The notes under the pieces are model-generated. The model was not told where the DNA came from. It was given only the letters and a program-made list of their open reading frames with translations, and ran no database searches. Position numbers and translations under genes: made by a program. Below are positions 38,986-51,894 of a stretch of DNA of 64,000 nucleotides, piece by piece (positions within the stretch are counted from its first letter, which is position 1; every line of letters starts with the position of its first letter). The stretch spans positions 62,001-126,000 of the forward strand of contig RDEW01000067.1 in the NCBI GenBank assembly GCA_011109175.1, given 5' to 3'. Source of the stretch: Dicyema japonicum. Its lineage: Eukaryota; Animalia; Dicyemida.

Positions 38986-41350
38986 TCAAATGGGGACAGA
39001 GTCCAACTTTTCTTCTCGTATTAAACTAATGAGTTTGACTTCTGGGGATTCATCGTCATATTCAGGATGGAGGATTGATGCGACAAAATTGAGAAGTCTT
39101 TCACGATAGTAAGCAGGGTCAACGACATATGTATTTTTCTACCATAAATAAATTTCAAACTTTTTTCCCGAAACCCCGTTTTAACTTACTTTCAAGAACC
39201 TTGCCGGGACTATACCACTGAAGAATATTAATAATCCCTAGTCTGATGTAGACCAATAAGCCACCCGAGGTCTTCGCTGGGATCAGACAATCGCTAAGGT
39301 TGTTGTGGACCAAGGGTTCACCATTATTTTCCTTAGACTTTAAAATAACTGAAAAAAATACGTGAATATCGGAATTGTGAATTCCTAGAAGGAGACTGTA
39401 CCCGATTATGCAGAATTGTTCGAGAATCTAAGAATTACCGAGGACAATAGCCTTGGTGTCCTTTTCAAGAGTTTTCATGATCGAGCAAAGTGATCTTTCT
39501 TCAAAAACAGTCCACGTGGGTAGTTTTTAATAAAATTGCCGCCTTTTAAAGTCGGAAATTTTTTCGGACGTTTATTTTTACTGGAAAAATGGACATATCC
39601 TTTCAAATCATATTTTTCTTTAAAATTCATGTAATTGGGGAAAATGTTGCTCATGACAAGGAATGTCCCGGTTTTTCGTTTATTCTGATGATAACTCCAC
39701 AATAAACCTTGTAGCTGTAAATCCCATAAATTTTCGAAATAAAAGTGTCTTTATTTATTATAAAATTCTGTAAATAAAAAAAATAATCCACCATGAGGTA
39801 AACAGAGGAGAATCTGTGGAAGAGTCTAAACTCCTTTCGCGAAATGGTCTTGACAAATAAATTGTCGTCGAACGTAAGGTGTAACTTTGACTTTTTTATT
39901 TTTGACTTTCGAAATTCCTTCCACTTACCCACCAAGGAGTACTAAATTTAGCTCTTTTTACACGTTTATCCCGTTTTTGACGCGGTAATCCTCAAACAAG
40001 AGGCGTATCAGGCAAAAAAATACTGGGTAATTGACCAGAATTGTTAGGTTCATATTCAGACGGAATTGGTTCTCAAGGCTAAAGTCAAAACTCACAAAAC
40101 AGAAAAAAGCAGTAACGCATGCAATTATCGTAGAATTTGTCATCGTCGTCACGGGACAAGTAGTCATTTTCAATGCTATTCGCGCAGTGGAATATTCCCT
40201 TGCCGACGTTCTCCAAGGACGAATCCTTTAGATTCTGGAAAAATTAACTCAGAGAAACGTTAACGTTGAGGTCTACGCTGTTCAGTTGATTAGTCCGGGT
40301 TATCAGCCGACTAATATTCAAATTATCATTTTCTATGTCATTTTGGCTGCTTGCTAAGAGTTGTAGGAGTTTTTTGAACTCTTCCATGTTTTTTTCGAAT
40401 AACTCTTTTTGTAAGATCGTTCTGAAACGCGGACATGATCCCAAAAATAAGTGACCTTCAAATCAAATAACTTTAAACGATGTTTATCTACCACGAAAGA
40501 CAGCCCGTCCTGTCTGATCGAATCGAACTCATAGACCTTAAAAAATGTTCCTAAAAAGTCTGAAATTAAAATTTGTGCGACCTATTTTCCGTGCTAATTC
40601 AATTTCAACATAAATTCTATCGAACGCATTACCAGGTTCTCAATTTCCTCTGCAATAATATATCTTTTGGAGAAATCTGGAGGCGGGAAGCGGTCGAGTA
40701 AGTCTGAGTAATAACCAAATCTACCTTCAACGTTTATTGCATTTTCTAGACAATACATGGCCGAGTCAATTAACTTCAAAAAATGTTCCTTTCTAAATTT
40801 CGGGAAGGCCTTGTCGAGGTGCAGGTTAGTGTTGAAGATTATAATATTCATTTTGAAAATTTGAAATGTAGCCTCTAATATCTCATTACCCTATAATATT
40901 GGCAAAATTAGGGTAACTTGGAAGGTTTCTAGATTGACATTTGTCGTGCTTGGAATTTCTTTAGTTTCAATACAGAGTTTTTCTTTGATGTTTTTGAGAT
41001 TTTTATTGAGACATACGAGAATTATGAGTTTACGTGTGTTCGCCATTTGGTCGTCTACAATTGATACTTGAACACTCGAAACAATCTTGAGAACTCTAAT
41101 TTATAATAAAAGTTAGAAATCTTAAACTCTTGAATATCGCGATCGAGGGTTATCTTCCGATTTAGTTTCATCAAAAATACAAACTTGTAATATAATTCTG
41201 AAATAGCTTCCTCAATAATACAACACTTTCGTTGTTTTATGGCACACCTCGTGCATACGCAGACTTATTGCAAACGACGAGTTGGATAGATTCAAGGTTC
41301 GCTGATATATCACCCACAACAATACTTTTGTGAAAAAAGGGGACATTGGA
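38986..41350 (-). CDS. PIP5K-family protein with degenerate catalytic residues and an unrecognised N-terminal region
   Basis: FVKTIS..E, ISKIYGIY, FLVMSNIF, YDLKG, IGYSLLLGIH, LGIINILQWY, VDPAYYRERLLNF. Upstream exons are linked by tiny introns. Start position and single-gene status are uncertain. Confidence 0.75.
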
Positions 41351-41859
41351 AAAAAGTCAAAGACTCGACAATAATAAACTGTTACAAATATGCCAAGTAA
41401 GTAAACAATAATTATGTGGAACACGAATAAAATCTTTTTTTGAACTCAAAATTTTTTTATAAAGAAAATCTAATGTATTCAAAAAAATGTATTAAAACAA
41501 TTATTGATTATTATAATTTTTTGTTAAATCAATAAATTAGTAATTAAAGGAAGGGGTTGGATAGTTTAATAAATAATTTATATTCAAAAAGTGAAAAAGA
41601 AGCAATTCAGGTAGTTCATACATTACGAAAGTAATCAATAATTTTCTCTAGTCAGTTACTATTTTGAAAGTTCCAAATAATGGGCGATTCGAGTTGATTA
41701 TTCTTGGCCTAAATTATATGCGCATTGAAGAACACAAACATTGTGAGAAAAATTATAAAGAATTAAGAAAAATTTAAGAAAACGAATTCGAACAGATTAT
41801 TTAAAAATTGAGATATTTGGAATAGTTTATGATCAAATTAGCATGAACGACGAGTTTGT

Positions 41860-44466
41860 TTATATTAAAATAACATAGATTTTAGAAATCAATACAGTGT
41901 GTGGGTTCACATCTGATTATTGTTAAAAACATATTTGGACTTGAAAGAAATAAATCAGTCCAGCAGAAAATAACAAGTTAATCGGAGCTAAGTATGCATT
42001 TAGCCTTCTGTAATAATACGTATTGTTAATAATTTATTAATAAAGAGATTAGTTAACTTAAAGACTTTATTAGTGACGATTAATGTAATTCTAAAATTAT
42101 AAAAATAACAACAATGTAATTTGTTCTAAAAATCGCAGCGTAGGAATGGATCTCTTCCATATGGGAGTGTAAACATATATTCTCAATTTGATGAATAATG
42201 TTATGCGGAATCAACCCGTCCATAAATATTTTTTCTAAAAAAATAAAAATAAAGATTAACGAGATTTAGTGGTCAAATTAGCAAATTCCCACACAACCCA
42301 AAGCCAAATTCGCACATCCGTGTTCACATTTAATAAATTTATTGTTGGCATCAATGACCTTCGACATAGAAAATTAGAGTACCTACTATGGATATCACAA
42401 TTTGCTTCATACGGATTTTCTTTTATTATGGATATCGCAATTTGCTTCATACGGATTTTCTTTTATAAATTGAAAAATCTTATTTAGAATGAATTCTTTT
42501 GGAGTCAAATAACCGATATTCAAAAATTCAAATGTAGGGAAAATATAATTTGGATCCACCAATATCAGAGACATGCAACTCCAGATAAAATATTGCTCAT
42601 TAAAAGCAAATTGATCGTAATCAGGATTCCTTTTAATGAAACACCGATTTTACAATAAATCTTCTATTACTCCACACGTCGCTAGTAAACCTCTTGCTTT
42701 TGGAAATTTAGCTAGAGTTTCTACAACTTTAATGATTTGAATTATGGTAAAATGGCCTTGTTTGTTGCCTAGTGAAAATTTTTTAAAAACATTGTGAATT
42801 TGAGCAATTCCATCCAACTCAACAAACAAATCCACGTTTTGTTCATTTTCGTCTAAATAAATATATTTCGAATGCCTAGGAGATATATCAAAACATTGAA
42901 TATGTCAGCAGTCTTGTCGTTGCATGTCTTAAGACATTCAAAGCAGAACTAAAATTATCCTGTCATTAATTTTAAACTTTTACAAGTCCGGAATACCCAA
43001 GATAGCTCAGAAATCCTATGCTCATACCTTTCATGATAGAGCGACAGCAATCGTTATTATCACTTTCTTTGTCGTACCAAAAAGACATCTTGTTAAGCAA
43101 GAATGAGAACGAAGGCAACTAAAATGAAAAATTGGCAAACGAAAATTGACGTCTCCCATGGCTTTAAAAAGTGTAATACTTTTAAACAACTATAAACATA
43201 CTAGAAATGTAAAATTATACTACAAAGTTGTTTCTTTGACGCGTAGAATCCGCAATAACTTGGAGAAAAATATCATAAATTAAACTAAGAATGAGATCAA
43301 CCCAAACCAAAGATTAAAATATGAAATCTCATCCTTTTTGGTAATTTGATTTAGGACCACTCTGGTTTCATAAAATTCACTTACAAAATATAATTTGGGG
43401 TTATATGGTGTTTAACCTTATCATTCAGAAAGAGAAGCTACAGTAATAATTACAAATACTCTCAGAAATCGATTTAAAATGATATTTCTATTTTTCTTAC
43501 TGCAAGACCTATAGAAGGCTGCACCCAGTTGTTTGATGTTATAATAGACAGACTTGACTAAGTTATTTATTGTCGATTCTAGATCATTCTATATTATTTT
43601 GTAAAATGTACCGATTCTTTTATATCCGAACTGAAACTTAAGACTTCCCCAATATGAAGTTTGTTCAATCCGTTTTTTGCCACTTGACTAAGATTATTAG
43701 AATCACTTACTTTGTTACTTTCTGTACATTGGAACTATACCCAATTAAACCTAGATAAGTGAGGTTCTTGGCTTTTTTGTAAAGACAGCTAATCTTATTT
43801 GCATCCAATTGGATCTTGTCATAGTAGGAGCGATTTATGAGCTTAAAATAACTGAATTTTATACGAAAACTACCACAAAGACTCTGGACAGTTTAAGTTT
43901 TCAGAAAATTTTCCAAGGTCGTTTATTAAAATGTTATACAATTCTAGGTGTTCCAGTTTCTCTATTATTTTCAATGTGCAGTCTTTAAAAATTGTTGGCT
44001 TATAGAATTCGGCCCGGGAAAGTTCAAGGAAGGTTATTTTGCTAAACCCGGACATAAATAGATAATGCAGCAAATCTGGGTCATCATAGTCTAAAAGGGA
44101 GAATGATTTGATGTTGTTGGGTGAAAATGGTAGTAAAGGATTCTTTTCTGATGAAACTATAGTGTATATTTTGAGATTCGATAAATTAGGATAAACTTGA
44201 ATCATCTTGAGTACATCTTTAACGTCAACATGGTGATTAGTCAATTCAACACAGAAAATATTCTTCTGTACTACATCTGAAATATTGTATATTCTTGAAT
44301 CATTTGAAACTTTTTTTGCAGAAAAGTCTCTCAAATGTCCCAATTCTTTAAATAATCTTTTAGAAATCATTTTTTTAGTTTTTTCGTTCAATTCTTGGTA
44401 GTTTTTCTCATCAAAGTTATCGCGAATAGTTTTAATGCAAAGGGCATATAATGAAGGTATTTCCAT
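41860..44466 (-). CDS. ZYG11/ZER1-family CRL2 substrate receptor-like (BC/VHL box, LRR-like, ARM-like), copy 1, possibly disrupted
   Basis: N-terminal IPSLYALC; LRR-like segments; DENEQNVDLFVELDG corresponds to ZER1 DETxxNCxxFLxxxG; LWVVWEFANL. A 40-bp tandem duplication near 42390-42470 and other indels are present. Confidence 0.65.
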
Positions 44467-44650
44467 TTTCTAACAAGATGTTGAATTTATAATTTAATTT
44501 TCAAATAAAATATTTTGTAATTTTTATAAAAAATAAATTAATTTGTAAGAATTAAATTTTATTGAATTTTTTTATTGAATGAGAAAAGTTCATTCAGAAA
44601 CAGCGGAATTAAGAAAACGTCCGTTCAATGCTGTTGTGGAGAAAACAGAA

Positions 44651-44740
44651 GATCCTTTTTTCGTCTCACCCTGAAACCAGATACTATATATAAGCACACA
44701 GTATGACCCCGGTTTTGAGTAAAAAAGCGGTGGCGCACCA
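44651..44740 (-). repeat. Decayed pseudoknot/SINE head, copy H
   Basis: The rc reads TGCGCC.. GGGGTCAT … GTTTCA-GGG-TGAGAC-GAAAAAA-GGATC; P4 and the 3' strand of P2 are retained. Confidence 0.4.
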
Positions 44741-45164
44741 AAAACTGAGAATAAATATAAAAGTTATGTTTTTAGTGTAAACCAAAATTATTTTGATGAT
44801 TGTGTATAAACTAGTCAGTAAGTATTCCTCCTATGTTGCTGCTTTTTGTGTTATCGGATAACTATTTTCTCGATTCTTAACTTTTCAGGGTTAGAGTTGA
44901 TATTTCAGACAACTTCATCTAATTTATTCATTATTGACTATCAGTTAATTTTCTATTTATTTAATATATTTTCTTGTGGTGATGAATATGATTGATTCTG
45001 TCGATTATTCGGTATATTATAATTATATATTTTCGAATGGTATATTATGATTATTTTTGATTATTTTCTGTTGCAATCTTTAGAGGCAACGCAACGTCGG
45101 TAATGTCGACGGGGACCACTTTGGATGGATGGCTGTGTTAATTAATTATTGTTTTATGATAAAA

Positions 45165-45300
45165 TTAGATTTTAGAAACCAATATGGTGTGTGGGTTTAC
45201 ATCTGATTATTGTTAAAAGCATATTTTGATTTAAAAGAAATAAATCACTGTAGCAGAAAATACAAAGTTATGGAGATTAGTAAGTATACGAAGTTGAAGA
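45165..45300 (-). pseudogene. Third, fragmentary copy of the ZER1-like 3' end
   Basis: Aligns with 41875-42000 (GTGTGTGGGTT.ACATCTGATTATTGTTAAAA). Confidence 0.7.
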
Positions 45301-46100
45301 CATAAACAAAGGTCTCCTGCTCGAGCCTTAACTATGTAACGCAGAACAGAGTGTTCGAAGCTTTTTTCTAGCGTATTATATGTTTCATAAAATTGCCTCC
45401 CTCGTATTAGGAAGCAAAGGTATTTCAAAGTCTTCATCCAAGGTATGTCTTGTAAGTGTTTTTTAGGTTAGCCAGGCTCCTCATTCAGCTATCCTCACCA
45501 GAACAGACTTCTTATGTGCAACTGAGAGAAAATTTACATTACATCACTTTTCGATCTGAAACATATACGTCTTCAACCGTTTCATGGATACAAAGGGGAT
45601 AAAGAGACATAACGTCATCAGCGTATATCAAAATATCTGTTCTTGGGTTTTTCCGTGAAGGTAATTCACTCATTACAACGTTGAATAATAAAGGACTGAG
45701 CTCTGAATCCTAAGGGGCAGCTCTCTCTTATAAGCCAAATTTGAAGGAACTCATAGTTTAAAAATTAACAATTGACCGTCTATTCGAGAGCAAGCTTAGT
45801 GTCCAAAAATAAGGTTCCTTTTTAACACCAATCTCGCAACATCTTTAATACCACAGACACGGTAAAACATCACTTAGTATCAAAATCCTCCACAATTGAA
45901 CTGTTAAGACTTTACAAAACACTCATCACAAGAGCGATTTTCGCAATAACACGACTAGTGCTCTCTTATATATCATTACGATCAATGTGTTCAGAGAGTC
46001 TGTTATATTGATTATTCTTGAGTTGATACAAATAAGGCTTATGGTGCTATAATTGGTTGTTAACTACTCAAGTTTCCCAGATTTACTTATCATAATGACG
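45300..46100 (-). mobile_element. LINE RT fragment
   Basis: P*DSELSPLLFN, LIYADDV. Confidence 0.65.
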
Positions 46101-46177
46101 TTTACTATTTGTAATAAATTGTCATATATTCCGCTGGCGCCATGTGTATAGTTTGTCATAAATTATTTTCCTTCGAT

Positions 46178-46239
46178 GGCGTCATTGGATCCACCTTACT
46201 GAGGAGACGCCCAATGACTGGCCGACATCAAAAGGATCC
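46178..46239 (+). ncRNA. Pseudoknot motif, copy E
   Basis: GGCGTC-ATT-GGATCC-ACCTTACTGAGGA-GACGCC-CA-ATGAC-TGGCC-GACAT-CAAAA-GGATCC; upstream head TGGCGCCATGTG. Confidence 0.55.
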
Positions 46240-46246
46240 ACTATTC

Positions 46247-46270
46247 TTAGAGTTAGGGTTAGGGTTAGAG
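46247..46270 (+). repeat. Interstitial telomere-like repeat (TTAGRG)4
   Basis: TTAGAG TTAGGG TTAGGG TTAGAG. Confidence 0.6.
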
Positions 46271-46899
46271 AATCTGAAAAACACTGTATTCTTATTGAAG
46301 TGTATTTAATGATTTGCATTTCTAGTATGACGGCCATACTTGTCAGATTTTTGAAGTAGGCTTGCTGTTGTTCTTGTATCACTATTCAATTATTTACAAT
46401 ATAGACTTTACACATAGAATTAAAATACGTAAGTTTTTTTCTGATAACTTTTCCGAAGTGAACACAGAAATTTCCAAAAAATTCACAGGATTTTCTTGCT
46501 TAATAATTTGAGCTTAGTTGGGATGTAGGATGCGAGGTTGCTGTCCATTCTGTGAGAACATTCCTAAATTGCAGTATAGAAGATTCCCGGAAACAGTAAT
46601 AATTCCAGGATTCGGATGTATTAATTCAAGCCAAAAGCTAGACTATAATTAAATTGTAGTAAATGCGAAATTTACAATTGTGTACTTTCGGAAGAGAAGA
46701 TTACAAATTGTGTAATCTTCGCGAATTTACTGCCTGGAAGTATTTCCACGACCGGCGGAGACCTTGTATTCCTCAAATCCCTAATCACCATGCTTTCTAT
46801 AGGGAGAGAAAAAAACGAATGTTATTCGAAAAGACTCTAGACCGATTGTGTATAATTGACGTCCATATATCAAAATTCAAAGAACAGCCTCAACGTAGA

Positions 46900-47530
46900 G
46901 AGGCACTAGACGCGATCTTCCGTTTAACAGCGGAGAATATTTTCAACTTCCGATTAGAAGAATACTCATGAAGCAGACCACACTGTTAGTCGACTCGGAG
47001 GTCTTGGAATTCGCAGCTCTGTGGACATTTCTCTCCCTACACATCTCTCTCGCTAATAGCCTTTAACACCCTTGTCAAAAGAATTCTACACTTACTCCCT
47101 GAATTCTCTACTGACACGGACGTCGGTCATTCTCATTATGCCTGAAACCGTACCTATCAGTTTTCCACCTTCCTTGAACTCTTTACGGAGACTGGACGAT
47201 GCCGTATGCCGTGATATGCATTCTATAGACGTGACCGGAAACGACCCGATAGAGTGACCATCTTTTCCTTCGAAGCCAGGATACCTCTTGTCTGTGACGT
47301 AACCTGTATCGACACATTTGCCTCTTATAATCCACATCAGAGTGCTTCTGGATCATGTTTTGCCGCTAAAAAAGCCGAGAGGTTAAAACGAAGATCGTAC
47401 GCGGTCCTATCAGAGGATTTGTTTGTTTCTTCCGCTAGCGGTTGAAACGTCTGGTTCTCTTTCGCCTGCGACGCTGGAATTATTGAGTCGTCTAGAGCAG
47501 GCATTTCAAACACGCAGCTCGCAAAAAAAG
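46900..47530 (+). mobile_element. CRE-like RLE non-LTR retrotransposon 3' fragment
   Basis: RLGGLGI, TGNDP(KRPD), LVCDVTCIDTFA, AERLKRRSY, LPLAVETSG. Confidence 0.7.
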
Positions 47531-48478
47531 GATTATACAGTGTACGCCATTGCGGAGGATCCCGTCATTAGAAAGAGACCACGAGAGAAATGTATTAGAT
47601 GTTTATTAATAACGTAAAATTGTCAGACCGTGGTTATGAGCGTTTTAGATAGTCAGCTTGGTCTTATATACGAACGTTCCCAGAACAACAATGTCCTACA
47701 AGTTACATGCTTCTACGTTTATAACACAATAAGTAAATTGTTTCATTTATTGGCGATACTTGCAATTTTAACAAAATTTTAAACAATGATAGCTTGCTAA
47801 TGAGAATTTCATTTCAATACAGTTGTTGGTAATCACTATCCTTAAAAAACCTGCCTCCAAGTTACTCTTATTCCTCATTTCCACATCAGTGTCAGTCATT
47901 ATTTCTCTGTTAGCATTCAATGGAATTTCGTAACGAGAAGCACATGCAAGTTCCACAAGCTTGTCGGAAGCAGACCTAAACTCTTGATCGGAGATTTCAT
48001 CCAGTGCGATTACTATACATTTTGGGCCCTACTGTACTTGAAGGTTAAATGGAACAAACTAATAGAAGGCGAATAAGATCAGATGTCAGGCTGGAATAGA
48101 AATAGAAACGAGAACGAAAGACTGGCTATGAAAAAGGCTTAACAATTGGACTTTCAAAGAAGAATGCAATTATAGTTGTAAAAAGTATTACCTATTGGAG
48201 TTTAATTCACAACAAATCGATTTATAATGACTCTATAGCTTCGAGTATGTCTGAGTTGAATAGGTCTTTAGTCAAATCAAAAAATATAGCCACAAGGCCG
48301 ACATCCAGATCATAAGCAGACACATACAACGCAGAGTATTTGCGGGATCGCATTCCACCAAGGACATTGTTTCGTAATAAAATTCATATTTTTCTTATAA
48401 ATTATTTTAATTTTTTATAAAAGTCAAATAAATATTTTTTTAAATTAATTTAATTATAAATTCAACATTTTTTAGAAA

Positions 48479-50992
48479 ATGGAAGTACCCTCATTATATG
48501 CTCATTGCCTTGATCATATTCGAACAGACTTTGATGAGAAGGAATATCAAGAATTAAATGAAAAAACTAAAAACATGATTTTAAAAAAGATTATTTAAAG
48601 AAATGATATATTCGAAAGATCCATCTTAAGATCTATATCAAAGACATTACAAAATACACAAGATTTCAAATGTAGTACAGAAAAATGTTTTGTGCGTTGA
48701 ATTCATAGATGACATTGACGTTAAGGATGTTGTCAAGATGATTCAAGTTTATCCGAATTTATCGAATATTAAATTATGCAAAATAACTTCATCACAAAAG
48801 ATTCCTTTACTAGCATTCTCTCCCAATAATGTCCAATCATTCTCACTTCAGAGATATAATGACCCAGATTTGCTACATTCCCTATTTATGACTGGATTTA
48901 ACGAAATAATATCCCTTGAACTTGGCTGTATATATAATAGTGGAAAATATTTAAAAACAGCACAATTAAATTAATGGATAAACTGGAAGACAAATACTTT
49001 AGGAACGTAGTAATTGTAGACTTTGAAGAATTTTCTGCTAATTTAAACAGTCCAGAGGTCTTGTGGTTTAATTTATATCAAATTCAGTTATTTTACGCAT
49101 ACAAATAATATGGATATTTATGAAACAAATATGGACATTTTTAAAGTTAATTGTATTCCTCTTTTAAAAAAACTAACAATCTTACATTTCTCGATTTATT
49201 TATGGATATATGGATATATTGTAGATATTGTAGACGTAAAGAATATATTGTAGACGTAGAGAAATAAGCAAAGTTATCGATATATAATAATCATAGTCAC
49301 GTGGCCAAAATTGGATTGCAAAAATATCATTTTGACCAACTTATAATTTTCAGTGTGGATATAAATGAATCGGTAAATTTGATGATATAATGTAGAATGA
49401 TAAAGAATCACTAATAAATAACTTATGCAGGTCTGTCTGGGATATAAAAACTGAACAAGAAATATATAGATCTTTAATGAGATTTACAATGGGAATGACA
49501 ATTTTCGAAATAAATTATTAAGTCAATTTTTGAAAGTATTTTAAAAATATTAGTTCAGTTTTTAGCTCAGACATGAGACTGAAGGTGAACATCCAGAAAA
49601 TATCTTGTAAGTGAATCGTATTACTCCAGATCAATTCTAAATAATTTTACCAAAAACTATCAAATATCGTACTTTAATCGTTGGTATGTTTTGATCTTAT
49701 ATTTAGTATGATTTATGATGTTGTTCTTAATCTTGTTAACGATACCCGAATTTATTGTTTCGATTTTGTACTATAATTTTTAAATTTTTAGAATGTTTCT
49801 GATTGTTTAAAGTTATTACAAAATTTAAAACCATGGGAGACTTCAATTTTTGTATGCAAAATTTTTCATTCTAGCTGCCTTCGTTTTCATTCGTGCTTAT
49901 GGGAATGTCTTTTATGTACAACGAAGAAAGTGAAACATACGAGTCTTGTCGCTCTATCTTGAAAAATATGAGCATAGAATATCTGGCTTATCTTGGATAT
50001 TCAGGACTTGTCAAAGTTTAAAATTAATGACAGGATAATTTTAGTACACCCTTGAATGTTTTGAACCATGCAACGATATGGATTATGGCATATTCAGTGT
50101 GTTGAGATATCTTCTAGGCATTCAAAATATATTTATTTAGATGAAAATGAAAAAAATATGAATTTGTTTGTTGAATTCGATGGAATTGCTCTAATTCATA
50201 ATTATTTTAAAAGTTTTCCATTAGAAAAATATGAAAACCATTATATCACATTTCAAATAATTACAGTTGTAGAAGCTTTAGCTAAATTTCAAAAGCAAGA
50301 CGTTTACTTGTTTCGGGTGGAATAATAGAAGATTTATTGTAAAATTAGTGTTTCATTAAAGGAATCCTGATTACGATCAACTTGAATTTAGTGCGCACTA
50401 TTTCATTTGGAGTTTCCATGTGTCTGATATTGGGTGATCAAAATTATATTTTGCCCACTTTTGAAATTTTGAATATCGGTGATTTGAGTCCAAAGAATTC
50501 ATTCTAAATAAAATGTGTAAACACGGATGAGCGAATATGGCTTTGGGTTGTGTGGAATTTGCTAATTTGACCACTAAATTTCGTTAAAATTTATTTTTAT
50601 AATAGCAAATGTATTTATGGAGATGGTGATTCCGCATAACATTTTCAGAAAATTGAGAATATATGTTGTCAATCCAACATGGAAGAGATCCATTCCTACG
50701 CTGCGATTTTTAGAACAAATTACAATGTTGTTATTTATATGATTTTAGGATTACATTAATCGTCATTTATTAAGAATTCAAGTTAACTAATCTTTTTATT
50801 AATAAATTATTAACAATATGGATTCATTTCTTAGTCGCCATTACAGAGGCTTATATCCCATAGCTAACTTATTCTTTCCTGCTCACCTGAATTTTTTTTT
50901 CAAATCCAAATATTGTTCAACAATAATCTGATGTGAACCTACATGGTAGTCTCTAACAACGTATTGATTTCAAAAATCTCATTTTAATATAA
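48479..50992 (+). pseudogene. ZYG11/ZER1-like paralogue, copy 2 (inverted relative to copy 1), with stops, frameshifts and a deletion
   Basis: MEVPSLYAHCL; collinear with 41860-44466 including intron positions; in-frame TAA near 48628; lacks the ENPYEANC segment. Confidence 0.7.
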
Positions 50993-51534
50993 ATCTAAAA
51001 AGTCAAAATTTAGAACTCTTCCAACTCGGAGACCCGGAACTAAATTGATCATAAAATATTTCAAATATCTCACTCTTAGAATCTTAAAGTTCATTGTGGA
51101 TGGTCAAATAACGAATAAATTAAAGAAATTCACTAAGGATATAGACCATTTTCTCTCTTTCTGTATCTCTAAAATAGTCAAAAATCATTTAGTCTTCTTG
51201 TTCTTTCTCTTCAATTTTTCCTTCACATCACGGTTTTGAATAATCCATTCCATCACGGCCTATCTTTAGTGTGACTCACTTCATCCCGAGTTTTAATTGT
51301 GAAGTCTCTCCTGAAAGAACGGATCTTGTATCCGTTGAAACGAGATCATTAGTTCATTAACACTACGTCACATCCCTATAAATCCATGATAAGTTTGCAA
51401 ATACAGTGAAATACACTAACAATAATGCTCCTGGAAAGGTCAAGGAAGCACCTGGGACTCAGAATATCTGGGATATTCTTTATGTGAATATCAGGTCAGG
51501 TCATAAATTACCCATCTGAATTTTACGGACTCAT

Positions 51535-51872
51535 AATGATAAGTAAATCTGGGAAACCTGGGTAGTTAACAACCAATTATAGCACCATAAGCCTTATTTG
51601 TATCAACTCAAGAATAATCAATATAACAGACTCTCTGAACACATTGATCGCAATGATATATAAGAGAGCACTTGTCGTGTTATCGAGAAAATCGCTCATG
51701 TGATGAGTGTTTTGTATAGTCTTAACAGTTCAATTGTGGAGGATTTTGATACTAAGTGATGTTTTACCGGGTCTGTGGTATTAAAGATGTTGCGAGATTG
51801 GTGTTAAAAAGAACCTTATTTTTGGACACTAAGCTTGCTCTCGAATAGACGGTCAATTGTTAATATTTTCAA
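51535..51872 (+). repeat. Inverted near-identical copy of 45765-46097
   Basis: About 330 bp with few mismatches (GATAAGTAAATCTGGGAAAC…GACGGTCAATTGTTAAT). Confidence 0.85.
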
Positions 51873-51894
51873 ACTGAGTCCCGTCTATGCTAAA

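Noticed and set aside
48465-48481. TTTTTTAG just before ATGs as trans-splice acceptors
   Set aside because: Expected by chance in very AT-rich DNA and not consistent across genes.
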